Assembly: GCA_021463645.1 (NCBI GenBank)
Contig: JAJTYI010000006.1
Span: forward strand, 117,692 to 181,691
Source: a bacterium
GTDB taxonomy: Bacteria; Patescibacteriota; Dojkabacteria; B142; OLB20
DNA length: 64,000 bases
Direction: 5' to 3'
This document shows positions 28,920-39,461 of the stretch, in pieces. The notes below the pieces were generated by a model. The model was given only the letters and a program-made list of their open reading frames with translations, was not told where the DNA came from and searched no databases. Positions within the stretch are counted from its first letter, which is position 1. The number at the start of each line of letters is the position of its first letter. Both the position numbers and the translations under genes were made by a program.

Positions 28920-30050
28920 ATGAAAATCTCTTTAATACAAGAAAATCTTGCAAAAGCTTTACTGTACATAAATAAGGCAGTTAGCTCTCGACCGAACATT
29001 CCAATTTTAGCGAACGTATTGCTGGAAACCGAGAAGGGAAAGCTAAAGCTGTCGGCTACGAATCTGGATATCGGAATAAGTACCTGGATTGGTGCTACTG
29101 TAGCGGAAGAAGGAAAGATTACGGTTTCAGCAAAAATGCTCTCAGACTTCGTGAACTCCTTGAAGTCAGGGAAGATTGAACTACTTCAACAAGGACAAAC
29201 CCTTGTGGTTAAGTCTGTGGATAACATCGCTGAGTTTTATATAATTCCTGCAGAAGACTTTCCAAGGGTACCACAAGTGGAAGGTAATCCATTACTGGAG
29301 ATTGATTCTACGACATTGTCTGAAACTTTTACTAAAACAGCTTTTGCAGCAAGCAATGATGAGTCTAGGCCAGTATTAACAGGCTTATTGTTCAAAGGTA
29401 GTAAAAAAAGACTGACAATAGTTGGAGTAGATGGATTTCGATTATCAAAAAAAGAGATTATGCTGGAAGAAGATTTGGGTAGTAAAGAGTTTGAGGAAAT
29501 CGTTCCAGCTCGTGCCGTTTCAGAAGTAGAAAGTCTGATCAAAGACATGACAGGAAAAAACGACAAGGTTCAAGTTTATCTACTTGGAAATAAAAACCAA
29601 ATGTTGTTCAAAATAGGAGATGTGGAGTTAAGCACAAGACTTATAGAAGGAAAGTTCCCAGAATATGACAATATTTTGCCAAAAGATTATAAATTTGAAT
29701 GTAAAGTGGAAAAAGCAGGACTTAACGATATGTTAAAAGTTGTTAGTATCTTTGCTAGAAATGTAGTGGGAAATAAAACAAAGTTTAAAATTGATGGCTC
29801 AGAATCAAAACTCAAACTTTCCACATCTGTTGTAGATATCGGAAACAACGAAAGCGAAATTACAGTAAAAGAGCTTGATGGTGAAGACTTTGAGACTGCC
29901 TTTAATGTCAAATTCCTTCAAGACATGGTCAATATCATGACAAGTGAAATTATCACATTCCAGACAAACGGGCCAACAGCTCCCGGAGTTTTCCTCGATC
30001 CCAAAGACAAAAACTTCATACATGTAGTTATGCCAATGAGGGTTGAGTAG
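28920..30050 (+). CDS. dnaN: DNA polymerase III beta clamp
   Basis: PILANVLL, SRPVLTG, DGFRLS, RLIEGKFPEY, VMPMR. Confidence 0.98.
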   Translation: MKISLIQENLAKALLYINKAVSSRPNIPILANVLLETEKGKLKLSATNLDIGISTWIGATVAEEGKITVSAKMLSDFVNSLKSGKIELLQQGQTLVVKSVDNIAEFYIIPAEDFPRVPQVEGNPLLEIDSTTLSETFTKTAFAASNDESRPVLTGLLFKGSKKRLTIVGVDGFRLSKKEIMLEEDLGSKEFEEIVPARAVSEVESLIKDMTGKNDKVQVYLLGNKNQMLFKIGDVELSTRLIEGKFPEYDNILPKDYKFECKVEKAGLNDMLKVVSIFARNVVGNKTKFKIDGSESKLKLSTSVVDIGNNESEITVKELDGEDFETAFNVKFLQDMVNIMTSEIITFQTNGPTAPGVFLDPKDKNFIHVVMPMRVE

Positions 30051-30129
30051 GAGACTAAAATTCTTCTCTTTAATCAAGTATAAATGTGCTAATAACTTTG
30101 ATATTATTAAGAATAGTTATTATTATTCA

Positions 30130-31458
30130 ATGAAAAGTTATAAAACTGTACTATTCTTAGTTTCCCCCTTAATTTTTATAATTTGTGTCTTTGTTTTGTA
30201 TACAATATATAAATTTCCCTCCATATCTACAGGTCCCACAGAATTAATATCCACAACCCCAACACCTCAAAATAGTAACTTGATTACACCTAGACTCGTA
30301 AACGAGCCATATGATGGAAATCTCCAATATACTGTTTTAACTTCAGAGGATAAAGTAATAACTAAAGATCATAATGGAAAGATCTTGAAAGAATTTCAAT
30401 TGAAACTAGCTTGTAATAATGGCGAAAAGGCTTTTGATTTCGAAATACTGAAATACGAACAAAACGTAACTTTTTATACTGTTTGTTCAGAAGGTATTAG
30501 ATTAATTGAAAATAATGAATTAAAAAGACTTATCGAATATAAAGAAATTGGGATAAATGAAAAAATAAATTACGAAGAATATACCTTTCATATAAAGTTC
30601 TCAGAAGGATTGGAGTATATGTTCTATTCTATAAATGCAGATAATACAGGAACAAGCAATACTGTAGGGTATAAAAACGGATTACTAAACCTAGAAACAA
30701 ATAAAGTAATCTTGATTTCTCCTGATAGAACAGATTTTACAAGGGACGGGTTGGGTATAGTGGATTATTTTAGTAATAATAAAATAATAATTTTTTATCA
30801 AAAAAGCCCGTCAGGTGCTATTGCAGAGGGTTTGTACGAATATGATACAGAGAAACAGTCCTATGAGAGCTTTCTTAACTATGGGGTTTCCCCAAGTGAT
30901 GTAATACAGGGTAGAAAAAGATTGGATAACAAACTAGTCTTCCATAATGCATACAAACCATTTTCTGATAAATTATATGAGGATAAAGCATATTTAGTTG
31001 AAATTGATTTTGGGGAATATCTTTCTGAGCAAGAATATGAACTACCTACTAGGTTCTATTTTCTTTCTGTTGCAGATATGGCAAATGGTTTGCAACAAGT
31101 TAGTGAAGATGGAAAGATTTCAATTCTTAAGACCACTTCACACGAATGGGAAGGAAATTACGAAACAATTCCTACTAGTGCATATGTCGATAGTAAAATC
31201 GTCGTTTCTACTGAGGGTAAAATATTAAAAGAATATTTCGTAGATCCCCGAAAAATCTATATATACAAGTTTGTCGATTATGAAAAAATCGTATTTGCAG
31301 AATTGAATATAGAAAATCGGGCTAGTGAAGACGGTGTTGGGTGGTATAGCGAATATGTATATGACTCATTACATTTACTTGATATGAAAGAAGATGAATT
31401 GTTAAAAGTATCTGATTTAGGAGAAGACACTGTATCAGTGCTAGGGGTAAGGTTTTAG
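30130..31458 (+). CDS. Hypothetical membrane-anchored surface protein (beta-propeller-like)
   Basis: N-terminal TM, Thr/Pro linker, beta-rich ectodomain; ATG 30130. Confidence 0.65.
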   Translation: MKSYKTVLFLVSPLIFIICVFVLYTIYKFPSISTGPTELISTTPTPQNSNLITPRLVNEPYDGNLQYTVLTSEDKVITKDHNGKILKEFQLKLACNNGEKAFDFEILKYEQNVTFYTVCSEGIRLIENNELKRLIEYKEIGINEKINYEEYTFHIKFSEGLEYMFYSINADNTGTSNTVGYKNGLLNLETNKVILISPDRTDFTRDGLGIVDYFSNNKIIIFYQKSPSGAIAEGLYEYDTEKQSYESFLNYGVSPSDVIQGRKRLDNKLVFHNAYKPFSDKLYEDKAYLVEIDFGEYLSEQEYELPTRFYFLSVADMANGLQQVSEDGKISILKTTSHEWEGNYETIPTSAYVDSKIVVSTEGKILKEYFVDPRKIYIYKFVDYEKIVFAELNIENRASEDGVGWYSEYVYDSLHLLDMKEDELLKVSDLGEDTVSVLGVRF

Positions 31459-31482
31459 GAGATAAGGGTTGTGACTGTAAGG

Positions 31483-32513
31483 TTTAAAGAATTTAACGAA
31501 TCAATTTATAATCTAATATATTATTAACATTTCATTGACTAATTCTCTAAATAATCAGGAAGTAAGAAAACCGAAGTCTAAACAATTAATACTCGTTATT
31601 GTTTTTGCAACTCTTTTCATTTGTTTCCTTAGTTTATTGGTAGTGTATTATTTTCTGGCTAGAAACATATCTCTTCCTACTACTGTTGAAACTGAATACG
31701 CCAATCCTACAATAGAGGATTCCTCAGAATGGCTAGAATACAGAAACACAAAATATGGTTTTACAATGGTGTATCCAGATATCGGACTAACTCCGAGAGA
31801 GGTAGAAGTGTTCGAGAAAAGAAAAGCAGACTATATCTATTGTGACATAGGTATCTCCGCCTGCCCTAGTTTTATAGAAGGAAAATATAAAATTGGTTTC
31901 TTCGATAAAAATTCTCAGGAAGCAGTTAGTGTGGAAATTTACGATAGAGAAATGGCCTCTGATGAGTTGGGTGGTAAACTTTCCGGAGGATTTACTTATT
32001 TGGTTTATCGACCTACTTACCATGACGAGGATGAGGGATGGGTTAATCACATTATTAGTTTAGAGGATAGGAATAAAATAGAAGAATCAATAACATTTAT
32101 TGAAACGGAGAAACCAAAATCCTGTTTGTGGGAAAACTCTTATTACAGTTACACAAAAGAAGAAGCTGATTTATTAAAAAATGATGTCTACTCTTACATT
32201 AAACTTAGAAATGGAGATACCTCAATATACGGCGCAGAAAATAAGAAGGAAGAATATTTGAGATATTCTGGGTGGCGGTATAATTGGGGCGGAGATTGTG
32301 AAGAAATTGAGTACTATACATGGAGTGAAGACTCTTCAGCACCTCCCTTTAGAAGTCGAGAGGAATGTGTACAAACATGTATGACACCTGACTAAAATTT
32401 CTTTTACCAATAAATTCTGGATATGGGAGAACGTGCTTTTTCCAGAGTTTTTCGTTAATATATGCTCGGTATTGATTAATTAGTAAATGGAATTTAAAGA
32501 ATTTAACGAATCA
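31483..32513 (+). repeat. 21-bp direct repeat flanking one gene
   Basis: TTTAAAGAATTTAACGAATCA at 31483-31503 and 32493-32513 (second copy lies in the first codons of the FemABX gene). Confidence 0.8.
31535..32395 (+). CDS. Membrane-anchored protein with PsbP-like motif and Kunitz-like C-terminus
   Basis: TM; WLEYRNTKYGFTMVYP; GWRYN...C...PF.S.EEC...C. Confidence 0.6.
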   Translation: MTNSLNNQEVRKPKSKQLILVIVFATLFICFLSLLVVYYFLARNISLPTTVETEYANPTIEDSSEWLEYRNTKYGFTMVYPDIGLTPREVEVFEKRKADYIYCDIGISACPSFIEGKYKIGFFDKNSQEAVSVEIYDREMASDELGGKLSGGFTYLVYRPTYHDEDEGWVNHIISLEDRNKIEESITFIETEKPKSCLWENSYYSYTKEEADLLKNDVYSYIKLRNGDTSIYGAENKKEEYLRYSGWRYNWGGDCEEIEYYTWSEDSSAPPFRSREECVQTCMTPD

Positions 32514-33575
32514 GAAAAAAGCGAATGGAATTCATTTGTCGACTCTACCCCATACGTTACGATTCTACAGTTCTGGGAATGGGGGGAACTCAAGAGAAGC
32601 GAAGGTTGGCAACCCTATAGAGTGGCTCTAGTTGATTCAGGAGAAATATTAATCTCCGCACAGTGCTTACTAAAAAAAGCTCCCGTACTAGGGAATTATT
32701 TATATGTGCCTTATGGTCCAGTATTTAGAGATATAAGTGTTTTTAAACAAAACCTACCTGATTTTTTGTCTGAACTGAAAAATTTCGCTGATTCAAAAGG
32801 CTGTTTTGTGATTGAATTTGATCCATTGATTGGAAAATTAGTCGATGAAATTGAACCCTCAGAAAACTTACTCCCCTATCTAAACACAGAAATCAAAGAG
32901 ATTCTCGAGGTGAACGGATTTTCAATAAGCAAAAGGAATATGCAACCCAGACATAAACTTTTCTATGATTTAAGCAAAACAGAAGAAGAATTATTGATGT
33001 TAATGAAAAAGAACACTAGATACAACGTCCGTTTAGCCGGCAAAAAAGGAGTGGAAGTAACGTCTCTAGAAATCTCAGATGAAAATATGTCACAGAAAAT
33101 TGACGAGTATTATGAATTGTTACTCTCAACACAGGAAAGAGCAAAAGGTTATCCTATTAGACCGAAGAGTACGTTCACTACCCTACTTGAGGTTTTCAAA
33201 AACTCGAACTTACTGAAATATTTCGAAGCAAGGTTTCAAGGTGATCTAATTACTGCCAATATTTCCCAATTTACATCGTACTGGTCATCATCGTTTTATG
33301 GTGCCTCAAATCGACTTCATCCAGATACAAAGGCCCCATATTTATTGAGATGGGAATCAGTTCTTGAAGCGAAGAAACGTGGATGCAAAGTGTATGATTT
33401 TTGGGGGATTATTCTCGATTCGAAACAGCATAGCGGATATTCAGAAACCAAACTTAGCTTTGGCGGAACTAGGATGGATACTTATGGACTATTTGCTTTA
33501 CCTTTATCAAATTGGAAATATATGGTTTGGGATAAGTTCTTGCCCCTTAGAAATAAGATTCCGTTTATTAAATAA
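32487..33575 (+). CDS. FemABX-family peptidoglycan interpeptide bridge aminoacyltransferase
   Basis: LQFWEWGELK, YVPYGP, TRYNVRLA.KKGV, YDFWG. Confidence 0.93.
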   Translation: MEFKEFNESEKSEWNSFVDSTPYVTILQFWEWGELKRSEGWQPYRVALVDSGEILISAQCLLKKAPVLGNYLYVPYGPVFRDISVFKQNLPDFLSELKNFADSKGCFVIEFDPLIGKLVDEIEPSENLLPYLNTEIKEILEVNGFSISKRNMQPRHKLFYDLSKTEEELLMLMKKNTRYNVRLAGKKGVEVTSLEISDENMSQKIDEYYELLLSTQERAKGYPIRPKSTFTTLLEVFKNSNLLKYFEARFQGDLITANISQFTSYWSSSFYGASNRLHPDTKAPYLLRWESVLEAKKRGCKVYDFWGIILDSKQHSGYSETKLSFGGTRMDTYGLFALPLSNWKYMVWDKFLPLRNKIPFIK

Positions 33576-33581
33576 TCAAAT

Positions 33582-34820
33582 ATGAGACCAGTATTTATCG
33601 GAGCTTCTCCAAATACAGAAAAAGACGATATAAAACTAGCTTTGAAGTTGCTTTTTCAACCATGGAATTGGAGAGAAGATAAAAATAATAGCGTTGATAG
33701 GTTCGAAGAAATGGTTAGCGAATACCACGATGGAGTAAATGCTATTGCTATGGACTCTGCTCGATCGGCTTTTTATTTGTTGCTAAAAGCATATGGAATT
33801 GGCCCAGGCGACGAAGTGATCCTCCCCTCTTTTTCATGTTTAGTAATTGCAAATCCTGTGATTTGGGTAGGAGCAAAACCTGTGTATGTTGACATTGACA
33901 AAGAAACTTTCAATTTAAGTTTGGAAGATTTAAAGAAAAAGGTTACGAAGAAAACAAAAGTTGTTCTTGTCCAACATACTTTCGGCCTTCCAGTAGAACT
34001 AGAAAAAGTACGAGAAATCGTAGGCAAGGATGTGAAAATTGTCGAGGATGTTGCCCACTCTCTTGGTGGATTGTACAAAGGTCAGAAAATTGGCACGATT
34101 GGAGACGCTTCAGTCGCAACCTTCGGAATAGAAAAAGTAATTTCAAGCGTTCGGGGAGGGATGGTGTTAGTCAAAGATGACAGAATTGCAGAGGAAATTA
34201 TAAGCGAAATTAAAAGCGCCCCACATTTTTCGTTAGTAAGAATAAAAATCGCATTGCTAAATCCAATTCTGTGGTGGCTTATCACGCCTGTTTACTATAT
34301 TGGTATCGGAAAAGCCACAATTGGCAGGGCTTTCAGTTTCGTTGCACATAAATTAGGAATAATGGGAATCATGATAGAGAAGTGCGAGTACGATACCCAA
34401 AAACCGATCTGGATACCTGCCAGAATGCCATCGGCACTAGCTAGATTGGGAATGAACCAGTTCAGGAAATTAGACAGATTTAACAACCATCGTAGAGAAA
34501 TTGCGGGAATTTACGAAGAGAAATTTGGAGCCTTTAAAGTCGACCAAAATAGTAAACATAATTATTTACGATATCCACTCTTAGTTAAGCCGGGAAATAG
34601 GTCGAAAATTTATAGGAATACTTCTAAAAACCATTTTGTACTAGGAAATTGGTACAAGAATATTTTGTATGCTCCAGATTCTTCTTTGGCAAAACTTGGT
34701 TATAAAAATGGTGACACACCGAATGCTGAGTGGGTGGCTGAGAGGATTATAAATTTACCGACTGCGGTGAATGTGTCTACTGACGAGGCGACACATCTCG
34801 TTAATATTATGGGTGTTTAA
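33582..34820 (+). CDS. DegT/DnrJ/EryC1/StrS PLP-dependent aminotransferase
   Basis: GPGDEVILP, QHTFG, VEDVAHSLG, FGIEK. Confidence 0.92.
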   Translation: MRPVFIGASPNTEKDDIKLALKLLFQPWNWREDKNNSVDRFEEMVSEYHDGVNAIAMDSARSAFYLLLKAYGIGPGDEVILPSFSCLVIANPVIWVGAKPVYVDIDKETFNLSLEDLKKKVTKKTKVVLVQHTFGLPVELEKVREIVGKDVKIVEDVAHSLGGLYKGQKIGTIGDASVATFGIEKVISSVRGGMVLVKDDRIAEEIISEIKSAPHFSLVRIKIALLNPILWWLITPVYYIGIGKATIGRAFSFVAHKLGIMGIMIEKCEYDTQKPIWIPARMPSALARLGMNQFRKLDRFNNHRREIAGIYEEKFGAFKVDQNSKHNYLRYPLLVKPGNRSKIYRNTSKNHFVLGNWYKNILYAPDSSLAKLGYKNGDTPNAEWVAERIINLPTAVNVSTDEATHLVNIMGV

Positions 34821-34830
34821 GACACGCTAC

Positions 34831-35727
34831 TTATTTTATAGTAAGGTTTTTGAAAAATTCGTCACAAATTGCCTTCGCCTTAATCTCGTCCCCTTCGTAC
34901 TTACAATATGACAAAATTGCGTGTTCAAACATTAAACCTGTCCCGCATGTGTCGCTTGTAATAGTCTGCGGTATAGTAACCATATTTTCACAGTCGCTTG
35001 TTTCGTAACTGTCAGTGTATTCAAACCAATTCGGAACAGTTGACCGCATACGATATAGGTTTCTTGAAGAGTCGACTAACTCAACAGTATCGTCGTAAAA
35101 ATAATACACCCCTTCGCTGACTACAAGTGAAATATTGATTGATGTTGTCTTTGAATCTTCGTAGTTACTAAAAGATAAATCAATAGAGCTCCCCAATGTA
35201 GACGCGGTTGAAGACTCTGTACTAGTAGTGTGTGAGAGAGGTGCTATTCCTGATATAGTCCCTCCATAAGGTAAGGAATAATTAAATGCAGACCATTCTT
35301 CACCAAAAAGTATAATTTTCGATTGAGCTGTATCTGTTACTTGCACCTGATTATCAGGGCTTATATCAGAAACTGAATCAGAACAGTAGCCTTTGTAATA
35401 TTCTTCGTCGACACCACTAAAAGGTTCGTTTTTCATGATAATTTCATTTAGGTATTCACACCTGTTGCAGATAATTCCATTTTCACCATTGTTTTGACAA
35501 TCTACACAACCTTGAGTATTGGGAGAATTTAGGCATGTTTGATACAAATCAGGAGTATTTGGCCTCGGGACAAAGACAAAAACGATAAATAAAACTACTC
35601 CGATTAGGATAGCCACTACTACGAACACAATTACCAATAAAGCTACAATTAGACTGTTGTTATTAGAGTTTGTAGATTTGGGCTCATTCTGACTAGTTAC
35701 TTGGGAAGGATTATTGGGGGTTGTCAT
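34831..35727 (-). CDS. Membrane-anchored Cys-rich surface protein (six-Cys module)
   Basis: Low-complexity N-terminus, TM, C-x8-CxxC-x9-CxxC-x24-C. Confidence 0.7.
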   Translation of the reverse strand: MTTPNNPSQVTSQNEPKSTNSNNNSLIVALLVIVFVVVAILIGVVLFIVFVFVPRPNTPDLYQTCLNSPNTQGCVDCQNNGENGIICNRCEYLNEIIMKNEPFSGVDEEYYKGYCSDSVSDISPDNQVQVTDTAQSKIILFGEEWSAFNYSLPYGGTISGIAPLSHTTSTESSTASTLGSSIDLSFSNYEDSKTTSINISLVVSEGVYYFYDDTVELVDSSRNLYRMRSTVPNWFEYTDSYETSDCENMVTIPQTITSDTCGTGLMFEHAILSYCKYEGDEIKAKAICDEFFKNLTIK

Positions 35728-35839
35728 TTTTTAAGAATAATATGCTAAATATTAATCTATTTATTCAGGGGTGTAAATATAAATTTTCTTACGTTAAATT
35801 TCTATATGAGACAATATATGACAATTCTCCCAAACTCAT

Positions 35840-36283
35840 TTAGAATGGCTTTTTATATGATGAAAAAGAATCTCTGGGTAACTCGGTGTTGGAATCTGTG
35901 CACTTTTCAATAAAAAATGAGTGATCTATATTATTCATATCATCCGGAGAATAGGATTTTGTATACAAATCTTCACATTTCAGACACATTTCCATATCAA
36001 CAGGTATTGGAGAAGGATGCGATTTCATATTATGAGAAAACATATCGACATAATTTTCAACACAGGATTGTCCATGATTCCATATGTACCCATAATTTTG
36101 TCCAATACATGATAGACAACCAAGACTGTGTGGAGCAGAGAGACAGACTTGATATATACCCGGTGATACACGAGTTGTATGGCATGGATCAAACAACCAG
36201 TAAAGGAACAGAATAATACAGATGAAAGGGAGACCTAAAAACATAAAAACTAGTATGATTCGATTTCTGGATAATTTTTTCAT
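35840..36283 (-). CDS. Membrane-anchored Cys-rich protein, partial paralogue of the neighbouring gene
   Basis: TM then YQVCLSAPHSLGCLSC...CLKCEDL...CTDS. Confidence 0.7.
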   Translation of the reverse strand: MKKLSRNRIILVFMFLGLPFICIILFLYWLFDPCHTTRVSPGIYQVCLSAPHSLGCLSCIGQNYGYIWNHGQSCVENYVDMFSHNMKSHPSPIPVDMEMCLKCEDLYTKSYSPDDMNNIDHSFFIEKCTDSNTELPRDSFSSYKKPF

Positions 36284-36334
36284 TCTAGAGTAATAATATT
36301 TTTAATATTACTCCAGTTTGTCGGGGATTTGTAG

Positions 36335-38473
36335 TTAAATCTTCTCCAGCCTCACATACTCCAAAGCTAGTTCTTTTAGACCAGCGGAAAACCTAATCAA
36401 AACGACGAAATTATCAATATCAACCACCTCCCCTACTCCGAAAATTTCGTGTTTTACAAGATCGCCTTTGCTTATGTCAGTAGTTGGTTTAAATTCATCA
36501 ACTTCGTCTACATCAGACCAGCCAGAAAAAGCGTCTTTTTTCTTTTCGGCGAAGGTATTACAATATATGAGCAATTGTTCAGGTATGTCGTCAATGAACC
36601 TCGAAACCGGGTTGGAGTTTCTCGATCCGAAATACATTCTGGATTCTGCATGTGAGACGTATACTTATTTCTTAGCTCTCGTGACGGCAACATAAGCTAG
36701 TCTCCTCTCTTCTGCAAGTTCTTGAGGATCATATTTCGAATTCGCATGTGGGAAAAGGTTTTCTTCCATCCCGGCGATAAATACATGTTCAAATTCCAGT
36801 CCTTTGGCAGCGTGGACTGTCATGAGTGTGATATGCTCTTCTTCGTCTTTGGTTGCCTCGTAACTGCTCTCAATCAAAGCAATTTCCTCCAAAAACTTTT
36901 CTAAACCGGTCATATAGTCTAGCTGGTCAAACTTTTTTGCAAGAGATTTTAACTCTTGGATATTTTCTAATCTTGTTTCCCCTTCTGATGTTTGTTGCAA
37001 TTCGGCTTTGTAGCCAGTAAATTCGATAACGTCTTCAATCAGCTCTGATACGGGTTGTTTGCTACTCAAATCTATCAATTTTGCTACAATTCGTGCAAAA
37101 TCTTGAAGTGATTTAGGTAGTTCATCAGGAGAAGTCTTCTGAGTGTCTAGTAAGTATTTTAATAAACTTTTGCGTTGTTCATTTGCAAGTAAAGTGAATT
37201 TTTCGATTGTTTTTGCACCTACTCCACGTTTTGGGACGTTAATTATTCTTTGTAGGCCAACTGTGTCATCGGGATTAAACAAAATCCTTAAATATCCAAG
37301 TACATCTTTAACCTCTGCACGATTATAGAACCTAACTCCTCCAACGATTCTATAGTTCACATTGGCTGTCAGTAGAGCTTCTTCGAGGTTTCGAGACATT
37401 GCGTTTGTCCTATACAAAACTGCGATTTCACTAGGGCTTATATTGTTTAGGATTAATTGACGTACTTCTTGGCTAATCCACTCTGCTTCGTCTTTTTCGT
37501 CTATCGCTTCATAAATCATAATTCCTTCTCCGTCGGAGTTTTCGGTCCAAAGTACTTTTTTCTTCTGTTCTGGGTTTTTGCTAATAATCTGGTTAGAAGC
37601 TTCTAGGATTTTCTTGGTTGATCTGTAATTTTGCTCAAGTTTTATAATCTTCGCCTTTGGGTAATCTTTCTCAAAACTCAGTATATTTGTAATATTTGCC
37701 CCTCGAAAGCTATAAATCGACTGAGCATCATCCCCTACTACGCATATGTTTTGGTTCTTATCAGCTAATAATTTTGAAAAAACATATTGCGCATTATTCG
37801 TGTCTTGATACTCGTCAATCAGTATGAATTTGAATATATTCTGATATTTTTCCAAGATTTGTGGATTTTTCTGAAAAAGCTCAACTGTTTTCATTATCAA
37901 GTCGTCAAAGTCAAGTGCAGAGTTCTCACCAAGCATGTCTTGGTAGATTGGATAAACTTCAGCAACAATTTGCTCAAAATATCCTCTTGCCATTGATTTA
38001 TATGCTTCTGGGGTGATAAGTTCTGACTTTGCTGAGGAAATCATTGATAATACAGCGTTCGGATTAGTTTTTTTATCGTTAAGGTTTAATTTCTTCAATA
38101 CTTTTCTGACTACGTCCTTCTGATCGGTGGTGTCGTAAATACTGAAGTATCTGCTAATCCCAATTTCCTGACCATCCCTTTTTAATATCTGTACACATAT
38201 TGCATGGAAAGTTCCCACCCAGGGTAAGAAAACCTTTTCAGAACCGGGTTTAAGCTTTAGTAATTGAACGATTCTCTCTTTCATCTCGTTGGATGCTTTA
38301 TTCGTAAAGGTTACCGCCAGAATATTGTCAGAGGTTGCGTGGTGGTGTTCTATCAAGTATGCAATCCTTTGGGTAAGTGTACGCGTCTTTCCACTACCCG
38401 CTCCTGCAAGTATCAATATCGGTCCATTTACCGTTTCCACGGCTATTTTTTGTTGTTCGTTAAGGGAGTTCAT
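36335..38473 (-). pseudogene. pcrA: PcrA/UvrD helicase interrupted by one in-frame TAA (36665-36667)
   Basis: AGAGSGKT, DEYQD, VGDDAQSIY.FRGA, MTVHAAKGLEF, EERRLAYVAVTRAKK*VYVSHAESRMYFG...SRF...VKHEIFGVG, all in one frame. Confidence 0.85.
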
Positions 38474-38576
38474 AGGTATCTATTGTACTGGATAAATTCT
38501 TGTTGAGGAAATAGATTTTGACAAATTAATTCGTTTACCTGTAGAATCGGGCAATTCGAAATTAAATCAATTAAAG

Positions 38577-38978
38577 ATGGGAAATACAGAAAATTGGCAA
38601 TTTAATACAAGAGATGGTCTAAAAACTGTATATACTTTTGGTTTAGATGCAACTGAACAATTCCTTATCCAGTGCAGGACGATGGAGTATACAGACGGTA
38701 GCCAAGCAGAATATAAATACAATTTAACAAAAGCGGAATTCGAAACCACTTTAGTTGAACCTGATGGAAGAAAATCGGTTTCAATAATTAATAGTCATAC
38801 GGGTAGGGCATATACTACAGTATTCGAATGTGATGGTTCTTCTTCAGGCCAACCTATAAATGAAGAGGACATTCAAGAGATACTTGTCCAATGGAGAAAG
38901 TTGATTTTAAGTCCGGGCATCGCTTTCCAAACATCCGAGGTTTACCTCCGCGGCTTAAAAGTCTTCCCACAACCCTGA
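38577..38978 (+). CDS. Hypothetical protein
   Basis: 133-aa ORF with upstream TTGACA/TAGAAT; no family recognised. Confidence 0.55.
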   Translation: MGNTENWQFNTRDGLKTVYTFGLDATEQFLIQCRTMEYTDGSQAEYKYNLTKAEFETTLVEPDGRKSVSIINSHTGRAYTTVFECDGSSSGQPINEEDIQEILVQWRKLILSPGIAFQTSEVYLRGLKVFPQP

Positions 38979-39066
38979 CTACGTAGTTTCGCTTTTCTTG
39001 ACACAATTCTTAGGATATGTGATAAACTATATATTGGTTATATCTAGTTGATGTTTATAATTTAAA

Positions 39067-39459
39067 ATGAGAAATTTGAAACATTACAATAGAGCACTAT
39101 TTCTTGCTCTTGGGTTATTACTTGCAGCCTGTGGTGGAGAAGGTTCAGGGGTTATTCCTGAAATGAAGATAGAAATAAGGGATAGTAGAAGACATCCAGG
39201 TACAACAGAAACAATTAGCGTAGATTCTACAATATGTCCAGATGGTAGATTTAAAGTGACCGAGCTTGATACAAGTGGGATCACATTAATGGGTCCAGAG
39301 GGGGAACAAAAATGGGAACCCAGGGAACCATTTTATTTAGATTGTGGAAAGGGATTAACATACGAAATGATAAATCGAGCAGATGGAAGTGATCCGTTCA
39401 TTCCTGGACTAGGAGAGGCGAGGATTACTCCATTTTATCCTTCTAGCACAGGTGGATGA
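39067..39459 (+). CDS. Putative lipoprotein
   Basis: Lipobox LLLAA-C after a hydrophobic signal. Confidence 0.65.
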   Translation: MRNLKHYNRALFLALGLLLAACGGEGSGVIPEMKIEIRDSRRHPGTTETISVDSTICPDGRFKVTELDTSGITLMGPEGEQKWEPREPFYLDCGKGLTYEMINRADGSDPFIPGLGEARITPFYPSSTGG

Positions 39460-39461
39460 AA

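Noticed and set aside
34831..36283. Multiheme cytochrome or Fe-S interpretation of the CxxC pairs
   Set aside because: No CxxCH or ferredoxin spacing, and the modules are predicted to be extracellular.
36665..36667. Genome-wide stop-codon reassignment (TAA, or TGA as in code 25)
   Set aside because: TAA, TAG and TGA all end conserved genes at their expected C-termini (rpsO TAA, dnaN TAG, dnaA TGA), and no other core gene has internal stops.
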